From positions 178,523 through 242,522 of the forward strand of contig CAZETU010000001.1 in assembly GCA_964514585.1 (NCBI GenBank): a stretch of 64,000 nt of DNA. Direction: 5' to 3'. This DNA comes from Candidatus Woesearchaeota archaeon (GTDB lineage: Archaea > Nanobdellota > Nanobdellia > Pacearchaeales > GW2011-AR1). Under the pieces are notes generated by a model. It had not been told where the DNA came from and ran no database searches. It saw only the letters and a list, made by a program, of their open reading frames with translations. Made by a program: the position numbers and the translations under genes. Within the stretch, counting starts at the first letter, position 1; every line of letters begins with the position of its first letter. This document shows, in pieces, positions 1-9,590 of the stretch.

Positions 1-212
1 AGTAGCCTTCCAATCGTGCCTCTTCTTCTTAGAAATACCAGAAGCAGAATACTGAGCACCAGCACCTTCCATAGCTCCGTAAGGCTGAGCAAAAACACCC
101 TTCTGCGCCTCGAAAACCTTCGACAAAATATCCTCACGAATCTTAACGCTAAAATTCTTAGGCAAATCTACAGAACCTTTTTCCTTACCAGCTTTATCGA
201 AAACTTTTGCCT

Positions 213-1148
213 TCATCTCAACTCAAGCACCTCAAGCTTTTTCTTCGCCATAAATTTACTTGGCTTCATTGCAGGCGTAATCACAATCCCTCTCTTCTGC
301 GGTCCAGGAACAGAACCCTTCAAAATAATATACTCATTCTTCAAAACACCATAATGCTCAAACCCACCTTTCTTTTCAAAATCACCCTTGCCAATCTTCA
401 AAATTAAATTATTATAACAAATTCTACTATGATATCCAGTCTGTCCCATCTGTGGAGCCCTAAAAGTAACTCTACACGGATGCCATGGCGCCAAAGATCC
501 CGGTCTCCTTCGACCCTTCTCCGACTTACTAGCTTTCAATGCAATACCAAATCTCTTCATCGGACCATTCGTCCCAAAACCCTTCGTAACTCCTCTAACA
601 TCAACAAGCCCCTCACTGAAAACCTCACTAACCAAAATCTCCTTACCAATCTTCTCCTTAACAAAAGCCAACTTCTCTTCCTTCGACCCACTAACGCCAA
701 TCTCCAACATATCAGCCTTATTCTTATCAACACAAGTTCCCTTAACTCCAGAATAAACAATCACCCTCAAATCATCAAACTCAACATCATCCTTCAACTC
801 ACCAACCTTCTTAGAAACCTTAACACTCTTTTTCAACTCCTTCCCATTAGCAACAACAATGTCCTTCGTAACCTTGCCATCCTTGTAAAATCGAACAGAA
901 TAAATCTTCATAGCCGGACATTCAATAACTGTAGCCGGAACAGCAATTCTCTTCCCCTTCGTCAAAGAAGCCTCAGTATCATCTTTAACCCAAGCAGAAA
1001 TCATCCCAACCTTATATCCAACAAAACCCATAACACCAACACCATCCTTTTTCAAAGGCGCCCAATTCACACTAGGCACAACTTTCTTCGCCCGCACCCT
1101 CGGGTAAAACTGCAAACTTCCACTGTGTATTCCGTTGTTATCTGTCAT
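213..1148 (-). CDS. rpl3: 50S ribosomal protein L3 (uL3)
   Basis: GSLQFYPRVRA, GFVGYKVGM, DVRGVTKGFG, RAPQMGQTGYH and KGSVPGP motifs. Start moved from the ORF-track 1226 to ATG 1148 (MTDNNG). Confidence 0.95.
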   Translation of the reverse strand: MTDNNGIHSGSLQFYPRVRAKKVVPSVNWAPLKKDGVGVMGFVGYKVGMISAWVKDDTEASLTKGKRIAVPATVIECPAMKIYSVRFYKDGKVTKDIVVANGKELKKSVKVSKKVGELKDDVEFDDLRVIVYSGVKGTCVDKNKADMLEIGVSGSKEEKLAFVKEKIGKEILVSEVFSEGLVDVRGVTKGFGTNGPMKRFGIALKASKSEKGRRRPGSLAPWHPCRVTFRAPQMGQTGYHSRICYNNLILKIGKGDFEKKGGFEHYGVLKNEYIILKGSVPGPQKRGIVITPAMKPSKFMAKKKLEVLELR

Positions 1149-1275
1149 TTTATCAATAGAGCATAAGCTCAGTAGTTTTACTACGTGATATAACCCTGGT
1201 AGCACCCAAAGCGCAATCGTGATCAACCAATCACAAAATTCTCTTCACCCGAACATTTAAGTTTCGGATGGAACC
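1149..1275 (-). promoter_or_regulatory. Structured 5' leader of rpl3, candidate ribosomal leader
   Basis: TATA box TTTATATA at 1299-1306. Helices 1151-55/1186-90, 1159-62/1167-70, 1172-76/1180-84, 1219-23/1230-34, 1246-53/1263-70. Confidence 0.5.
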
Positions 1276-1363
1276 GTAAAATTACTCACAAATTCGGGTA
1301 TATAAAGATTACTATTACGAAATTTCCACAAACCTTTATAAAACAAAATTACGTTTTTAGCAT

Positions 1364-2014
1364 ATGGCCATCAAGACTCCAGACATTCTCCCAGGCGAAA
1401 AAGGTTATGTTTCTAAAAAAGATCGAACAGCCGTAAAAAAATCAGTCGAGAAGAAAACAAGAAGAATCACAAGAAAAAAAGAAATGACCATTGGTAAAAT
1501 CAAAACTGGGTCAAAAGGTTATAGAATCGGTCGACCATCAGTAAATCCAAAAAAAGAAAAAAAATATATAATCTGGAGATACTCTCGAAAAATCGGAGAA
1601 ATCGTCATTTCAAAAAGAGATACACCAGATGAAGAAATTTCTCTTAAGTTTAACAGGTTAGGAGGAATAGGGAACTACAAACATTTAATCCAGGACGCCG
1701 ATTTCCAATTCCAATGGGCAGTCAAAGAACAAGAACTCCTACTAACCCAAAAAAGATGCCACGTCTGCGGAAAACCAATTTCAAAAGCAGCAAAACCAAA
1801 TCTATACCACTACAACATGTTCAAGAAACGAACAGACCTCCTCGAAGAAGCATCAAAAGTTGCTCCACAAGTCGTCTCAGGAAAACTAACAATCGAAGAA
1901 GGTTGGGAGAAATTCAATGACACCTTAGAAGAAGGAAACAGATACTACATGTCCCTAAAAGAAGCCGCACTGGTTTGCTCAAGCTGTGCTAAAAAGAAAA
2001 ATCTAGAATTCTAA
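1364..2014 (+). CDS. Hypothetical basic protein with CxxC...CxxC zinc-binding pair (degenerate HNH-like)
   Basis: 216-aa ORF with CHVCGK and LVCSSC; stop overlaps the next start. Confidence 0.7.
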   Translation: MAIKTPDILPGEKGYVSKKDRTAVKKSVEKKTRRITRKKEMTIGKIKTGSKGYRIGRPSVNPKKEKKYIIWRYSRKIGEIVISKRDTPDEEISLKFNRLGGIGNYKHLIQDADFQFQWAVKEQELLLTQKRCHVCGKPISKAAKPNLYHYNMFKKRTDLLEEASKVAPQVVSGKLTIEEGWEKFNDTLEEGNRYYMSLKEAALVCSSCAKKKNLEF

Positions 2015-2262
2015 TGGAAAAAAACTGGTTCGTCTACATTCTCGAGTGCCAAGATGGCTCATTCTACACAGGCATCACAAACGATCTCGACAAAAGGATG
2101 AAAGCTCACGCCGAAGGCAAAGGCTCCAAATATGTCCGCCATAAAAGATTCAAAAAACTTCTCCGATCAAAACAATGTGAGTCAAGATCAGACGCTCAAA
2201 AGACAGAGTGCCACATTAAGACATTACAAAAATACGACAAGTTAGATTACTTCAACCCCTAG
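2014..2262 (+). CDS. GIY-YIG nuclease family protein (UPF0213/YazA-like)
   Basis: WFVYILECQDGSFYTGITNDLDKRMKAH...GSKY signature. Confidence 0.92.
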   Translation: MEKNWFVYILECQDGSFYTGITNDLDKRMKAHAEGKGSKYVRHKRFKKLLRSKQCESRSDAQKTECHIKTLQKYDKLDYFNP

Positions 2263-2626
2263 CTTCTAAAATCGGCAAGTTAGCCTCAGTAGGAACATAA
2301 ATCACTTCAGTATTCCCATCATTCAAACCCTCAACAAACTTATACCTAATGTACTCCTCAGTAATACTCCCAGCAATAATGCTATTAGCATCAGCAATCC
2401 CCTGGGCCCGTATAACCTCGGCCTCAGCTTTCAACTTAGCCGACTCCTTCAGGGCCTGAGCTTCTTGAACAGCAATTTGCCTATTCCACTCAGCCTCCCT
2501 CAACTGCGCCTTACCATTCAACTCTCGAGAATAAACCTTATATCTAGGAATCCCCCACAACATAAATCCAATTAACAGCATTACAAAAACAATAGCCACA
2601 ACAATACCAATCACTTCTTTTTTCAT
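2252..2626 (-). CDS. Small membrane protein, SPFH/prohibitin C-terminal-like coiled coil
   Basis: N-terminal TM, AEVIRAQGIADANSII, YVPTEANLPILEAR tail. Confidence 0.65.
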   Translation of the reverse strand: MKKEVIGIVVAIVFVMLLIGFMLWGIPRYKVYSRELNGKAQLREAEWNRQIAVQEAQALKESAKLKAEAEVIRAQGIADANSIIAGSITEEYIRYKFVEGLNDGNTEVIYVPTEANLPILEARG

Positions 2627-2660
2627 ATCAAAATTAAGTTCCCAATCTATTTAAAACTTC

Positions 2661-3365
2661 TTAAGCTACAAATTCAGCTTCACTAATTTTTTCTTTCCCG
2701 TCACAAATAACCTTTCTAACAATAACACCCTTTCTCTTAGCCATCTCTCTAATCTCAGTAGGTTTCAACTCAGCCATATTACTTGGGTAAACAATATCTG
2801 TAACATTAATAGTATGATTCACTTTCACTTCCTGAAAATCTCCAACCCCAAAAAGTAACTCGTCAACAATTCCCTTATCTTCAGTCTTCAACACACAAAA
2901 ATCAGCCACAGGTCCACCATCTTTTTCCTTACCAGGCTTCCCACTCGCCGGAGCTTTCGGTTTAACCTTCAGGTCAAAACCATTTCCCTTAAAAGTCAAA
3001 GCAAAAAAAGCCTTTGGATATTTATCCATTAAATCAAAAATTTGCGAAGCTTCAACATCAGCATCAATCACATGTTTTCTAACACCCTGAAAATTACTAA
3101 CCTTCTTAATTTCAAACCCCATCTCGCCTTTCAAATCCAAAGTCGAAACAATAACACCCTTAATAGCAACAGGTCCATTAGTCTGCTCCAAACACCGTCT
3201 CACAAAAAGATTAGCATATTCAACACCGCCCTTAACAGCCCACTTCTTTGCCTGCCTTTTCCCGTCAAGCAAATACTTATTTTTATATTCCCCTCGACCA
3301 AATTTTAAAAACGCAATATGAACCTCATCATCAAAAACTCCCTCAAAGATTTTTTTCACAACCAT
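2661..3365 (-). CDS. Conserved hypothetical protein
   Basis: 234-aa ORF with native minus-strand codon bias; family not recognised. Confidence 0.75.
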   Translation of the reverse strand: MVVKKIFEGVFDDEVHIAFLKFGRGEYKNKYLLDGKRQAKKWAVKGGVEYANLFVRRCLEQTNGPVAIKGVIVSTLDLKGEMGFEIKKVSNFQGVRKHVIDADVEASQIFDLMDKYPKAFFALTFKGNGFDLKVKPKAPASGKPGKEKDGGPVADFCVLKTEDKGIVDELLFGVGDFQEVKVNHTINVTDIVYPSNMAELKPTEIREMAKRKGVIVRKVICDGKEKISEAEFVA

Positions 3366-3441
3366 GACTCATAAATACTAATTCTCTTTATAAATTTTCC
3401 TCATACCAAGATTTTATAAATTGGCAATCCATAGTATTATC

Positions 3442-4458
3442 ATGCTTGATCACAGCGACATAAAAAGGGGATTAGTCGTCGCAATAATCGTCGGTATCTT
3501 CGCCCTAACCTTCTTCGTCCTAAGACCAATTATCATCTCAATAATCTTCGGATTAATGTTCGCATACTTATTCAATCCAATTCACAAAAGAATCAAAACA
3601 AAAATTCCAGGGAAAAACCTACCGGCACTTCTCTTAATGCTCGGCATACTAATTTTAATAGCAATTCCAATTTTCTACTTCACGCCAATCTTAGTAAAAC
3701 AAATATTCAATACGTATGTAATGTTCCAGGGGTTTAATTTTCAAGAATTAATAGGCCAATTTATAGAAGGGGATATAGCCTCGACAATAGCAATCAACCT
3801 AGATAATATCGTAGGCAAATTTTTCTCTTCTCTTCTTAGTCAATTCACAAGTCTCGTCGTCAATTTACCTTCTCTTTTACTTCAATTAGCAGTATTCTTA
3901 TTTACATTTTACTTTGCGATAAGAGACTCAGAAGAATTAAGTAAATACATAAAATCACTTTCTCCATTCTCAGAATCAACAGCAGGAAAATTCTTAAAAG
4001 AATTCCGAGGAATAACTAACGCAATCGTCTTCGGTCAAGTTCTTATAGGAATTATTCAAGGTCTTTTAGTAGGGCTAGGGCTATTCTTGCTCGGGGTCCC
4101 ACAAGCATTAGTCTTAACTTTTGTAGCATGTCTCGTTTCGATAATTCCAGTCCTAGGCTCGTGGTTTATCTGGTTGCCAGCTGGTATATTCCTAATTATC
4201 GCAGGGCAAACATTTTCAGGAATATTCATGTTGCTATACGGAGCAATCTTCATTTCAACAATCGATAATCTTCTCCGCCCATATTTCCTATCAAGACAAT
4301 CAAATCTCCCAGTTGCACTAAGTGTTATTGGAACAATTGGCGGACTATACTTTTTCGGAATCGCCGGGCTTATCTTAGGACCTTTAGTCTTAGCCTACGC
4401 ATTAATCATAATTGAATTCTATCAACAAGGGAAACTAAAGGAACTATTCAATAAGTAA
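3442..4458 (+). CDS. AI-2E (PerM) family transporter
   Basis: Multi-TM protein with IIQG, SIIPVLGS, IDNLLRP and FGIAGLILGPL motifs. ATG 3442 preferred over TTG 3421. Confidence 0.92.
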   Translation: MLDHSDIKRGLVVAIIVGIFALTFFVLRPIIISIIFGLMFAYLFNPIHKRIKTKIPGKNLPALLLMLGILILIAIPIFYFTPILVKQIFNTYVMFQGFNFQELIGQFIEGDIASTIAINLDNIVGKFFSSLLSQFTSLVVNLPSLLLQLAVFLFTFYFAIRDSEELSKYIKSLSPFSESTAGKFLKEFRGITNAIVFGQVLIGIIQGLLVGLGLFLLGVPQALVLTFVACLVSIIPVLGSWFIWLPAGIFLIIAGQTFSGIFMLLYGAIFISTIDNLLRPYFLSRQSNLPVALSVIGTIGGLYFFGIAGLILGPLVLAYALIIIEFYQQGKLKELFNK

Positions 4459-4461
4459 TCT

Positions 4462-5934
4462 ATGAAACTAAAAATAAAAAATTTTAATTGGCTAGCAGGA
4501 AAGCCAGTCGTAATCTTGAACGATAAAACAGCAAAAAGAATGAACGTATTCGTAGACGATAGGGTTACAATAATGGGCAAAGAAAAAGTCTACGCAATAG
4601 TAGATATCTTTCCAAAATTAGTGGGCAAAAGTCAAATAGGAATATCTAACGAATTAGGCAAAGTTCTAAAATTAAAAAACGGCACAAAAGTCGAAGTCAG
4701 CGCCTCAGAATTGTCAGATGCTACATTCTTAATCAAGAAAAAAATGGAGGGTAAGGAATTAACAAAAGAAGAATTAAATTATTTAATTTCTGAAATAGTT
4801 CATAATGGTTTAAACGAAGCCGAAATAGCATATTTCACAGCCGCCCAAAAATTAAACAAAATGTCATTTGAGGAAATTGTGGGATTAACAAGAGCCATGA
4901 TAAAAACAGGGGCCAGGTTAGGATTTAAAGGAAAATACATCGCAGACAAACATTGCATTGGCGGAATTGCTGGAAACAGAACAAGTCCAATCGTTGTAGC
5001 AATATGTTCAGCAGCAGGACTAACAATGCCAAAAACATCTTCGCGTGCAATAACTTCAGCCTCAGGGACAGCAGATGTAATAGAAACAGTATCAAATGTA
5101 GACCTCTCTCTATCAAAAATAAAAGAAGTCGTCAAAAAAACTGGGGCTTGTTTGGCATGGGGAGGCTCCCTAGGGTTAGCACCTTCAGACGACAAAATAA
5201 TCCAAGTCGAACGTCTCTTAAACCTCGACATCGAATCACAACTTTTAGCCTCAATAATGTCCAAGAAAATTTCCGCGGGATCAAAATACGTTTTAATCGA
5301 CATACCATATGGAAGGGGAGCGAAAGTAAAAAACTTCAAAAAAGCAAAAGGGTTAGGAGCCCAATTTATTAAATTAGGAAAACGTTTCAAAATAAAATTA
5401 AAAGTTGTCTACACAAACGGATCACAACCAATAGGTAACGGCTTCGGACCAGTCCTGGAAATGCTAGATGTCTTGGCGGTTTTAAAAAACAAAGGGCCAA
5501 AAGATTTGAGAGAAAAATCCCTTGAGCTCTCAATAGAATTAATGCAACTTTGTGGTATAACTGATGCAAGAGAAAAAGCAGAAGAAATTTTATCCTCGGG
5601 GAAAGCATATAAAAAATTCAAAGAAATAATAAACGAGCAAAATGGCAAAAGAAATTTCGATAGAAAAGTAAGGGAACTTCAACTAGCAAAATTCAAAAAA
5701 ACAATCAAAGCAAAAAGAAATTCCAAAATAACAAGAATAGACAATAAGGGAATAAACTCACTTTGCAGAATTTTAGGAACCCCAGAAACAATAACAGCCG
5801 GCGCATATATCCATAGACATTTAGGAGAAGTAAAGAAAGGCGACCCGATAATAACAGTCTATAGCGAAAACAGAAAAAAGATGAAAGCGGCTCTGCGTTT
5901 TATAAAAGAATTTGAACCCCTAACCATCAAATAA
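4462..5934 (+). CDS. deoA: AMP phosphorylase / thymidine phosphorylase family
   Basis: DKHCIGGIAGN, KTSSRAITSASGTAD, ASIMSKK, DIPYG, SQPIGNGFGPVLE; archaeal N-terminal extra domain. Confidence 0.93.
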   Translation: MKLKIKNFNWLAGKPVVILNDKTAKRMNVFVDDRVTIMGKEKVYAIVDIFPKLVGKSQIGISNELGKVLKLKNGTKVEVSASELSDATFLIKKKMEGKELTKEELNYLISEIVHNGLNEAEIAYFTAAQKLNKMSFEEIVGLTRAMIKTGARLGFKGKYIADKHCIGGIAGNRTSPIVVAICSAAGLTMPKTSSRAITSASGTADVIETVSNVDLSLSKIKEVVKKTGACLAWGGSLGLAPSDDKIIQVERLLNLDIESQLLASIMSKKISAGSKYVLIDIPYGRGAKVKNFKKAKGLGAQFIKLGKRFKIKLKVVYTNGSQPIGNGFGPVLEMLDVLAVLKNKGPKDLREKSLELSIELMQLCGITDAREKAEEILSSGKAYKKFKEIINEQNGKRNFDRKVRELQLAKFKKTIKAKRNSKITRIDNKGINSLCRILGTPETITAGAYIHRHLGEVKKGDPIITVYSENRKKMKAALRFIKEFEPLTIK

Positions 5935-5979
5935 GTCTAGTATAACAATACTTAAAAAATATCAAAAATACGCTTTTTT

Positions 5980-7299
5980 GTGGAAGTCAAAACAAAAATT
6001 CTTACACTTTTACTTTTATTAGTTAGCTCCGTTTTATTAGTATCAGCAGAACCGTATATATATTGCTCAGATGGAACACCAGTCGGCTCATGTTCAACGC
6101 TAAACCCAGGACTATACTGCGACTACAACGCCTACTATAACCAAAACGGAATCTTAGTCCTCGATTCGAACAAATGCAGCGCAAACGCAGGAAAATGCTG
6201 CCAATCTACACCGGAGCCAACAACAGCAAACGAAGTCAGCACTTATTCCAAATATCTAGCCGTTAACATCCCATCAAGTGAATCCTGTTCAAACGCATAC
6301 CAATATTTCGACGAAAGTTACGTCGGAACATGGGTCGATAATACATTCACCGAACAACCAGGAATTGCAAAAGTATTAGGAGGGTTCCCAACATCAATCC
6401 GTTGCATCGACTCGGGCCACAAAATCACGGCCCCAGATCAAGACCCATTTAAACCCTACGTAGGAGTCAGAGGAAAATCCGGCGCATACATGTCAGTAGA
6501 ATACTCAATGGAAACTTTCCAAGACCGACAAAAACAAGCTGCCGTCCTCGACTGGACATACTACTCAACATCCTACTTCCAACAATCAGGCTCAACCTTA
6601 GACCTATTCTTCCCAATAAATAACGTCAACATCCTAAGCTGCCAAACCTTATCAACATCAAACATAAGATACACATTATCATCAGACTTAATCCAAAATG
6701 CCGACGAGGATTGCATCACGATAGCCGCAGAAAACATAACCTTAGATTGCCAGAATCATTCAATAATAACAACTTCATCAGCAACAATATCCGGAGTTTA
6801 TTCAAATCAAAAAGCAACAGTCGTAAAAAACTGTGCAATATCAGATTTCGCTTACGGAATAAATATAGACGACACATCAAATTCCATAATTCAAGACAAC
6901 ACTCTAACATCAAATTCAATCACAGGAATCCGTATGTCAAACTCAGACTCAAGCCACATATTCAGCAACAATGCCAGCAACAACCTCGAAGGAATTTATC
7001 TTTCAGGCTCAGGAAATAACATAAGTTACAACGAAATTTGCACAAATACAAACGTAGATATCAATGCGGACAGTTCAAACTCAGGAGACGAAAATACATG
7101 CAACACGGCTCAAAATTGGAACGATGAATATTATGCAGTTTGCGCCCATCTATGTTTTTGCGAAGACGCCGATCTAGATTGTAACAATTACATAAGCAAC
7201 TCAGAACTCGAAGCATACTCAACAAAATGGAAAAACGGGGCTCACGGCGTAACGAGCCTAAAACTAGCAAGACTAGCACTAAGATGGCACAATCAATAA
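5980..7299 (+). CDS. Secreted protein with right-handed beta-helix (NosD-like) repeats and C-terminal dockerin/EF-hand-like motif
   Basis: Signal peptide; ITLDCQNHSI, GINIDDTSNSIIQDN, GIYLSGSGNNISYN repeats; DADLDCNNYISNSEL tail. Confidence 0.75.
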   Translation: MEVKTKILTLLLLLVSSVLLVSAEPYIYCSDGTPVGSCSTLNPGLYCDYNAYYNQNGILVLDSNKCSANAGKCCQSTPEPTTANEVSTYSKYLAVNIPSSESCSNAYQYFDESYVGTWVDNTFTEQPGIAKVLGGFPTSIRCIDSGHKITAPDQDPFKPYVGVRGKSGAYMSVEYSMETFQDRQKQAAVLDWTYYSTSYFQQSGSTLDLFFPINNVNILSCQTLSTSNIRYTLSSDLIQNADEDCITIAAENITLDCQNHSIITTSSATISGVYSNQKATVVKNCAISDFAYGINIDDTSNSIIQDNTLTSNSITGIRMSNSDSSHIFSNNASNNLEGIYLSGSGNNISYNEICTNTNVDINADSSNSGDENTCNTAQNWNDEYYAVCAHLCFCEDADLDCNNYISNSELEAYSTKWKNGAHGVTSLKLARLALRWHNQ

Positions 7300-8393
7300 A
7301 AACAATACTAACAATTTTCCTAATCCTAGCTCTAGCTACACTCGCATCAGCATCGAGTATCACAAGAAATCTTCCGACAACCCTAATAGACCAATCAGGA
7401 ACAATTGATGTAGGGTTAGTAGTAGACATAACAAACACCGAAGGATTCTATCTAATCGACGAAACAATCCCAGAAGGCATGAAGGTCCTAAATCCAGGCT
7501 CAGGTTCAACCGCACAAGCAGGCCACATAAAATGGTTCATAACTTCCACAATCCAAGACACAACACTTTACTACACGCTTCAAGACGCAACCGGCATCGA
7601 ACGAGACGTCCAATTTAGCGGAACATATATTTTCGAATCAGATCCAGAAAACGAAATCTCAATCTCAACAATATATCTAAGAATCTGCACCGCAATACCA
7701 GAACTCTGTGACGGCCAAGATAACGACTGCGACCGAGCAATCGACGAAGACTTTTCAGTCATCAGTGAAAATTTCTCGAATGCATTAAGACTCCCATGTA
7801 GCACAGGAATCGGTGAATGTCTGTCCGTCGGAGAATACGTTTGTTCGAGTAGTCAATTAAACACAACCTGCAGCGCAACTCCAGGAACTCCAATAACAGA
7901 AATATTCAACGGGTTAGACGATGACTGCGATGGAACAATAGATAACGGAGTAAGTGGCGGCGGCGGCGATGACGGAGGTTCTTCAGGCGGAGATGACGGC
8001 GGTTCCGGAGGAGGCTCAACAACCCCAGTCAACAACGAAACAAACCAAACAATTGAAGAAGATAGTTCAGACGATGACGACGATGACGACAACAACGATT
8101 GCACAGAACGTTGGGAATGTGGAGATTGGCAACCAGAAGAATGCGAATATGAAGATACCCAAATCAGAACTTGTTCAGACAGAAGAGATTGCGGATCAGA
8201 AAAAGACAAACCAGAACTAACAAGAGAATGTTCAGCCCAACCCCCAAAAGACAGTTCTCTCAAAAATATTTTATTAACGGGAAACGTCGTCTCAAAAGTT
8301 TCATCACAAGGTCCATTGACAATAATCCTAATCATAGGCGTCCTAGTTATAATCGTCCTATATCTTTTAGTTATGTTCCCAAGAATCAAATAA
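7284..8393 (+). CDS. Membrane-anchored surface protein with MopE-related Asp/Cys repeats
   Basis: Signal peptide from ATG 7284; ELCDGQDNDCDRAIDE and EIFNGLDDDCDGTIDN repeats; Gly/Asp linker; C-terminal TM. Confidence 0.75.
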   Translation: MAQSIKTILTIFLILALATLASASSITRNLPTTLIDQSGTIDVGLVVDITNTEGFYLIDETIPEGMKVLNPGSGSTAQAGHIKWFITSTIQDTTLYYTLQDATGIERDVQFSGTYIFESDPENEISISTIYLRICTAIPELCDGQDNDCDRAIDEDFSVISENFSNALRLPCSTGIGECLSVGEYVCSSSQLNTTCSATPGTPITEIFNGLDDDCDGTIDNGVSGGGGDDGGSSGGDDGGSGGGSTTPVNNETNQTIEEDSSDDDDDDDNNDCTERWECGDWQPEECEYEDTQIRTCSDRRDCGSEKDKPELTRECSAQPPKDSSLKNILLTGNVVSKVSSQGPLTIILIIGVLVIIVLYLLVMFPRIK

Positions 8394-8427
8394 AAACAAG
8401 ATTGTTCACAAGATTTTCCTATGAAAA

Positions 8428-8928
8428 TTAAGGTTCTTCAGTATACTCACCAAGTTCTTCATTTTTATCAAGAAAATCAATAGCTGTAGTGTTATGTGAA
8501 ATTATTTCTAATTTATCTTTACCACACCAATCCTTATCTTCTTCTAGTAGCCTATTATGTTGACGAAGTGAATCCGCTAAGTCTTTTCTACCGTTCACAA
8601 CGGACTCACGAGGAGTGTCATACAAAGGATAAGAGGTTCTCACGCTATCGCCACAATAGCTAGGCTCATCATCATCGCTTGCATATTCAAGCAAATACTG
8701 AGTATCTTTCCGGGAAGCGGTAGTTGTAACTTGTTCAACAAGGAAAAGTCCACCAAAACCAGGAACATCATATTTCCGAATTCTTTTATTTTTTATGTTC
8801 CCTTCTATGAATCTCCCATCTCTAAAAATTACACCCTTTGAGATATCCTCAGGACCAATCCGACTTTTAATGATTCGGGCTCTATCCGGACCAGAACGAC
8901 CAGCTAAAAGCTCTCTTAAATTTCCCAT
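8428..8928 (-). CDS. Hypothetical protein
   Basis: 166-aa ORF with atypical composition for this strand. Confidence 0.6.
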   Translation of the reverse strand: MGNLRELLAGRSGPDRARIIKSRIGPEDISKGVIFRDGRFIEGNIKNKRIRKYDVPGFGGLFLVEQVTTTASRKDTQYLLEYASDDDEPSYCGDSVRTSYPLYDTPRESVVNGRKDLADSLRQHNRLLEEDKDWCGKDKLEIISHNTTAIDFLDKNEELGEYTEEP

Positions 8929-8992
8929 AATACATCTATAACAAACTATTATTTAAAATTATCCTCAAAAATTATCCCCCATCCAGTAGTAT

Positions 8993-9589
8993 CTAAATAA
9001 CACTCGCCTTAACAATCACAACATCTTCAACAGGCTTATCCCCTCTCTCCGTCGTAACACTAGCAATCTTATCAACAACATCCATCCCTTCAACTATCTC
9101 ACCAAAAACCGGATGCTTACTAGTCACCGGCTGCTTATCATAATCTAAAAAACTATTATCAACCAAATTAATAAAAAACTGACTCCCCCCGCTATTTGGC
9201 CCAGAATTAGCCATCGAAAGCGTCCCTCGAACATTAGAATGCCCAGCAACAAACTCATCATCAATCTTATACTCAGGTCCACCACTACCAGTCCCAGTCG
9301 GGTCCCCGCCCTGAATCATAAAGTTAGGAATAATCCTATGAAAAATCACACCGTCATAAAATCCCTCCTCGACCAACTTCTTAAAATTCCCAGCAGTCAC
9401 CGGCATATCCGAATATAACTCTATAACAATATCCCCATGGTTCGTCTCAAATTTCACTTTTGTATTCATATTACCCTCGATGTTGTCAAACATTTTCATA
9501 ATAAACAACGTAAACAAAACAAGCAACACAGCTATTATAAATATTGCGACAGCCTTATTCTGTAAAATCTTCTTAATCTCTTTCTTCAT
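8993..9589 (-). CDS. Cyclophilin-type peptidyl-prolyl isomerase with N-terminal TM
   Basis: FHRIIPNFMIQGGDP, LSMANSGPNSGGSQFFIN, HPVFG. Start likely ATG 9589. Confidence 0.95.
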   Translation of the reverse strand: MKKEIKKILQNKAVAIFIIAVLLVLFTLFIMKMFDNIEGNMNTKVKFETNHGDIVIELYSDMPVTAGNFKKLVEEGFYDGVIFHRIIPNFMIQGGDPTGTGSGGPEYKIDDEFVAGHSNVRGTLSMANSGPNSGGSQFFINLVDNSFLDYDKQPVTSKHPVFGEIVEGMDVVDKIASVTTERGDKPVEDVVIVKASVI

Positions 9590-9590
9590 A

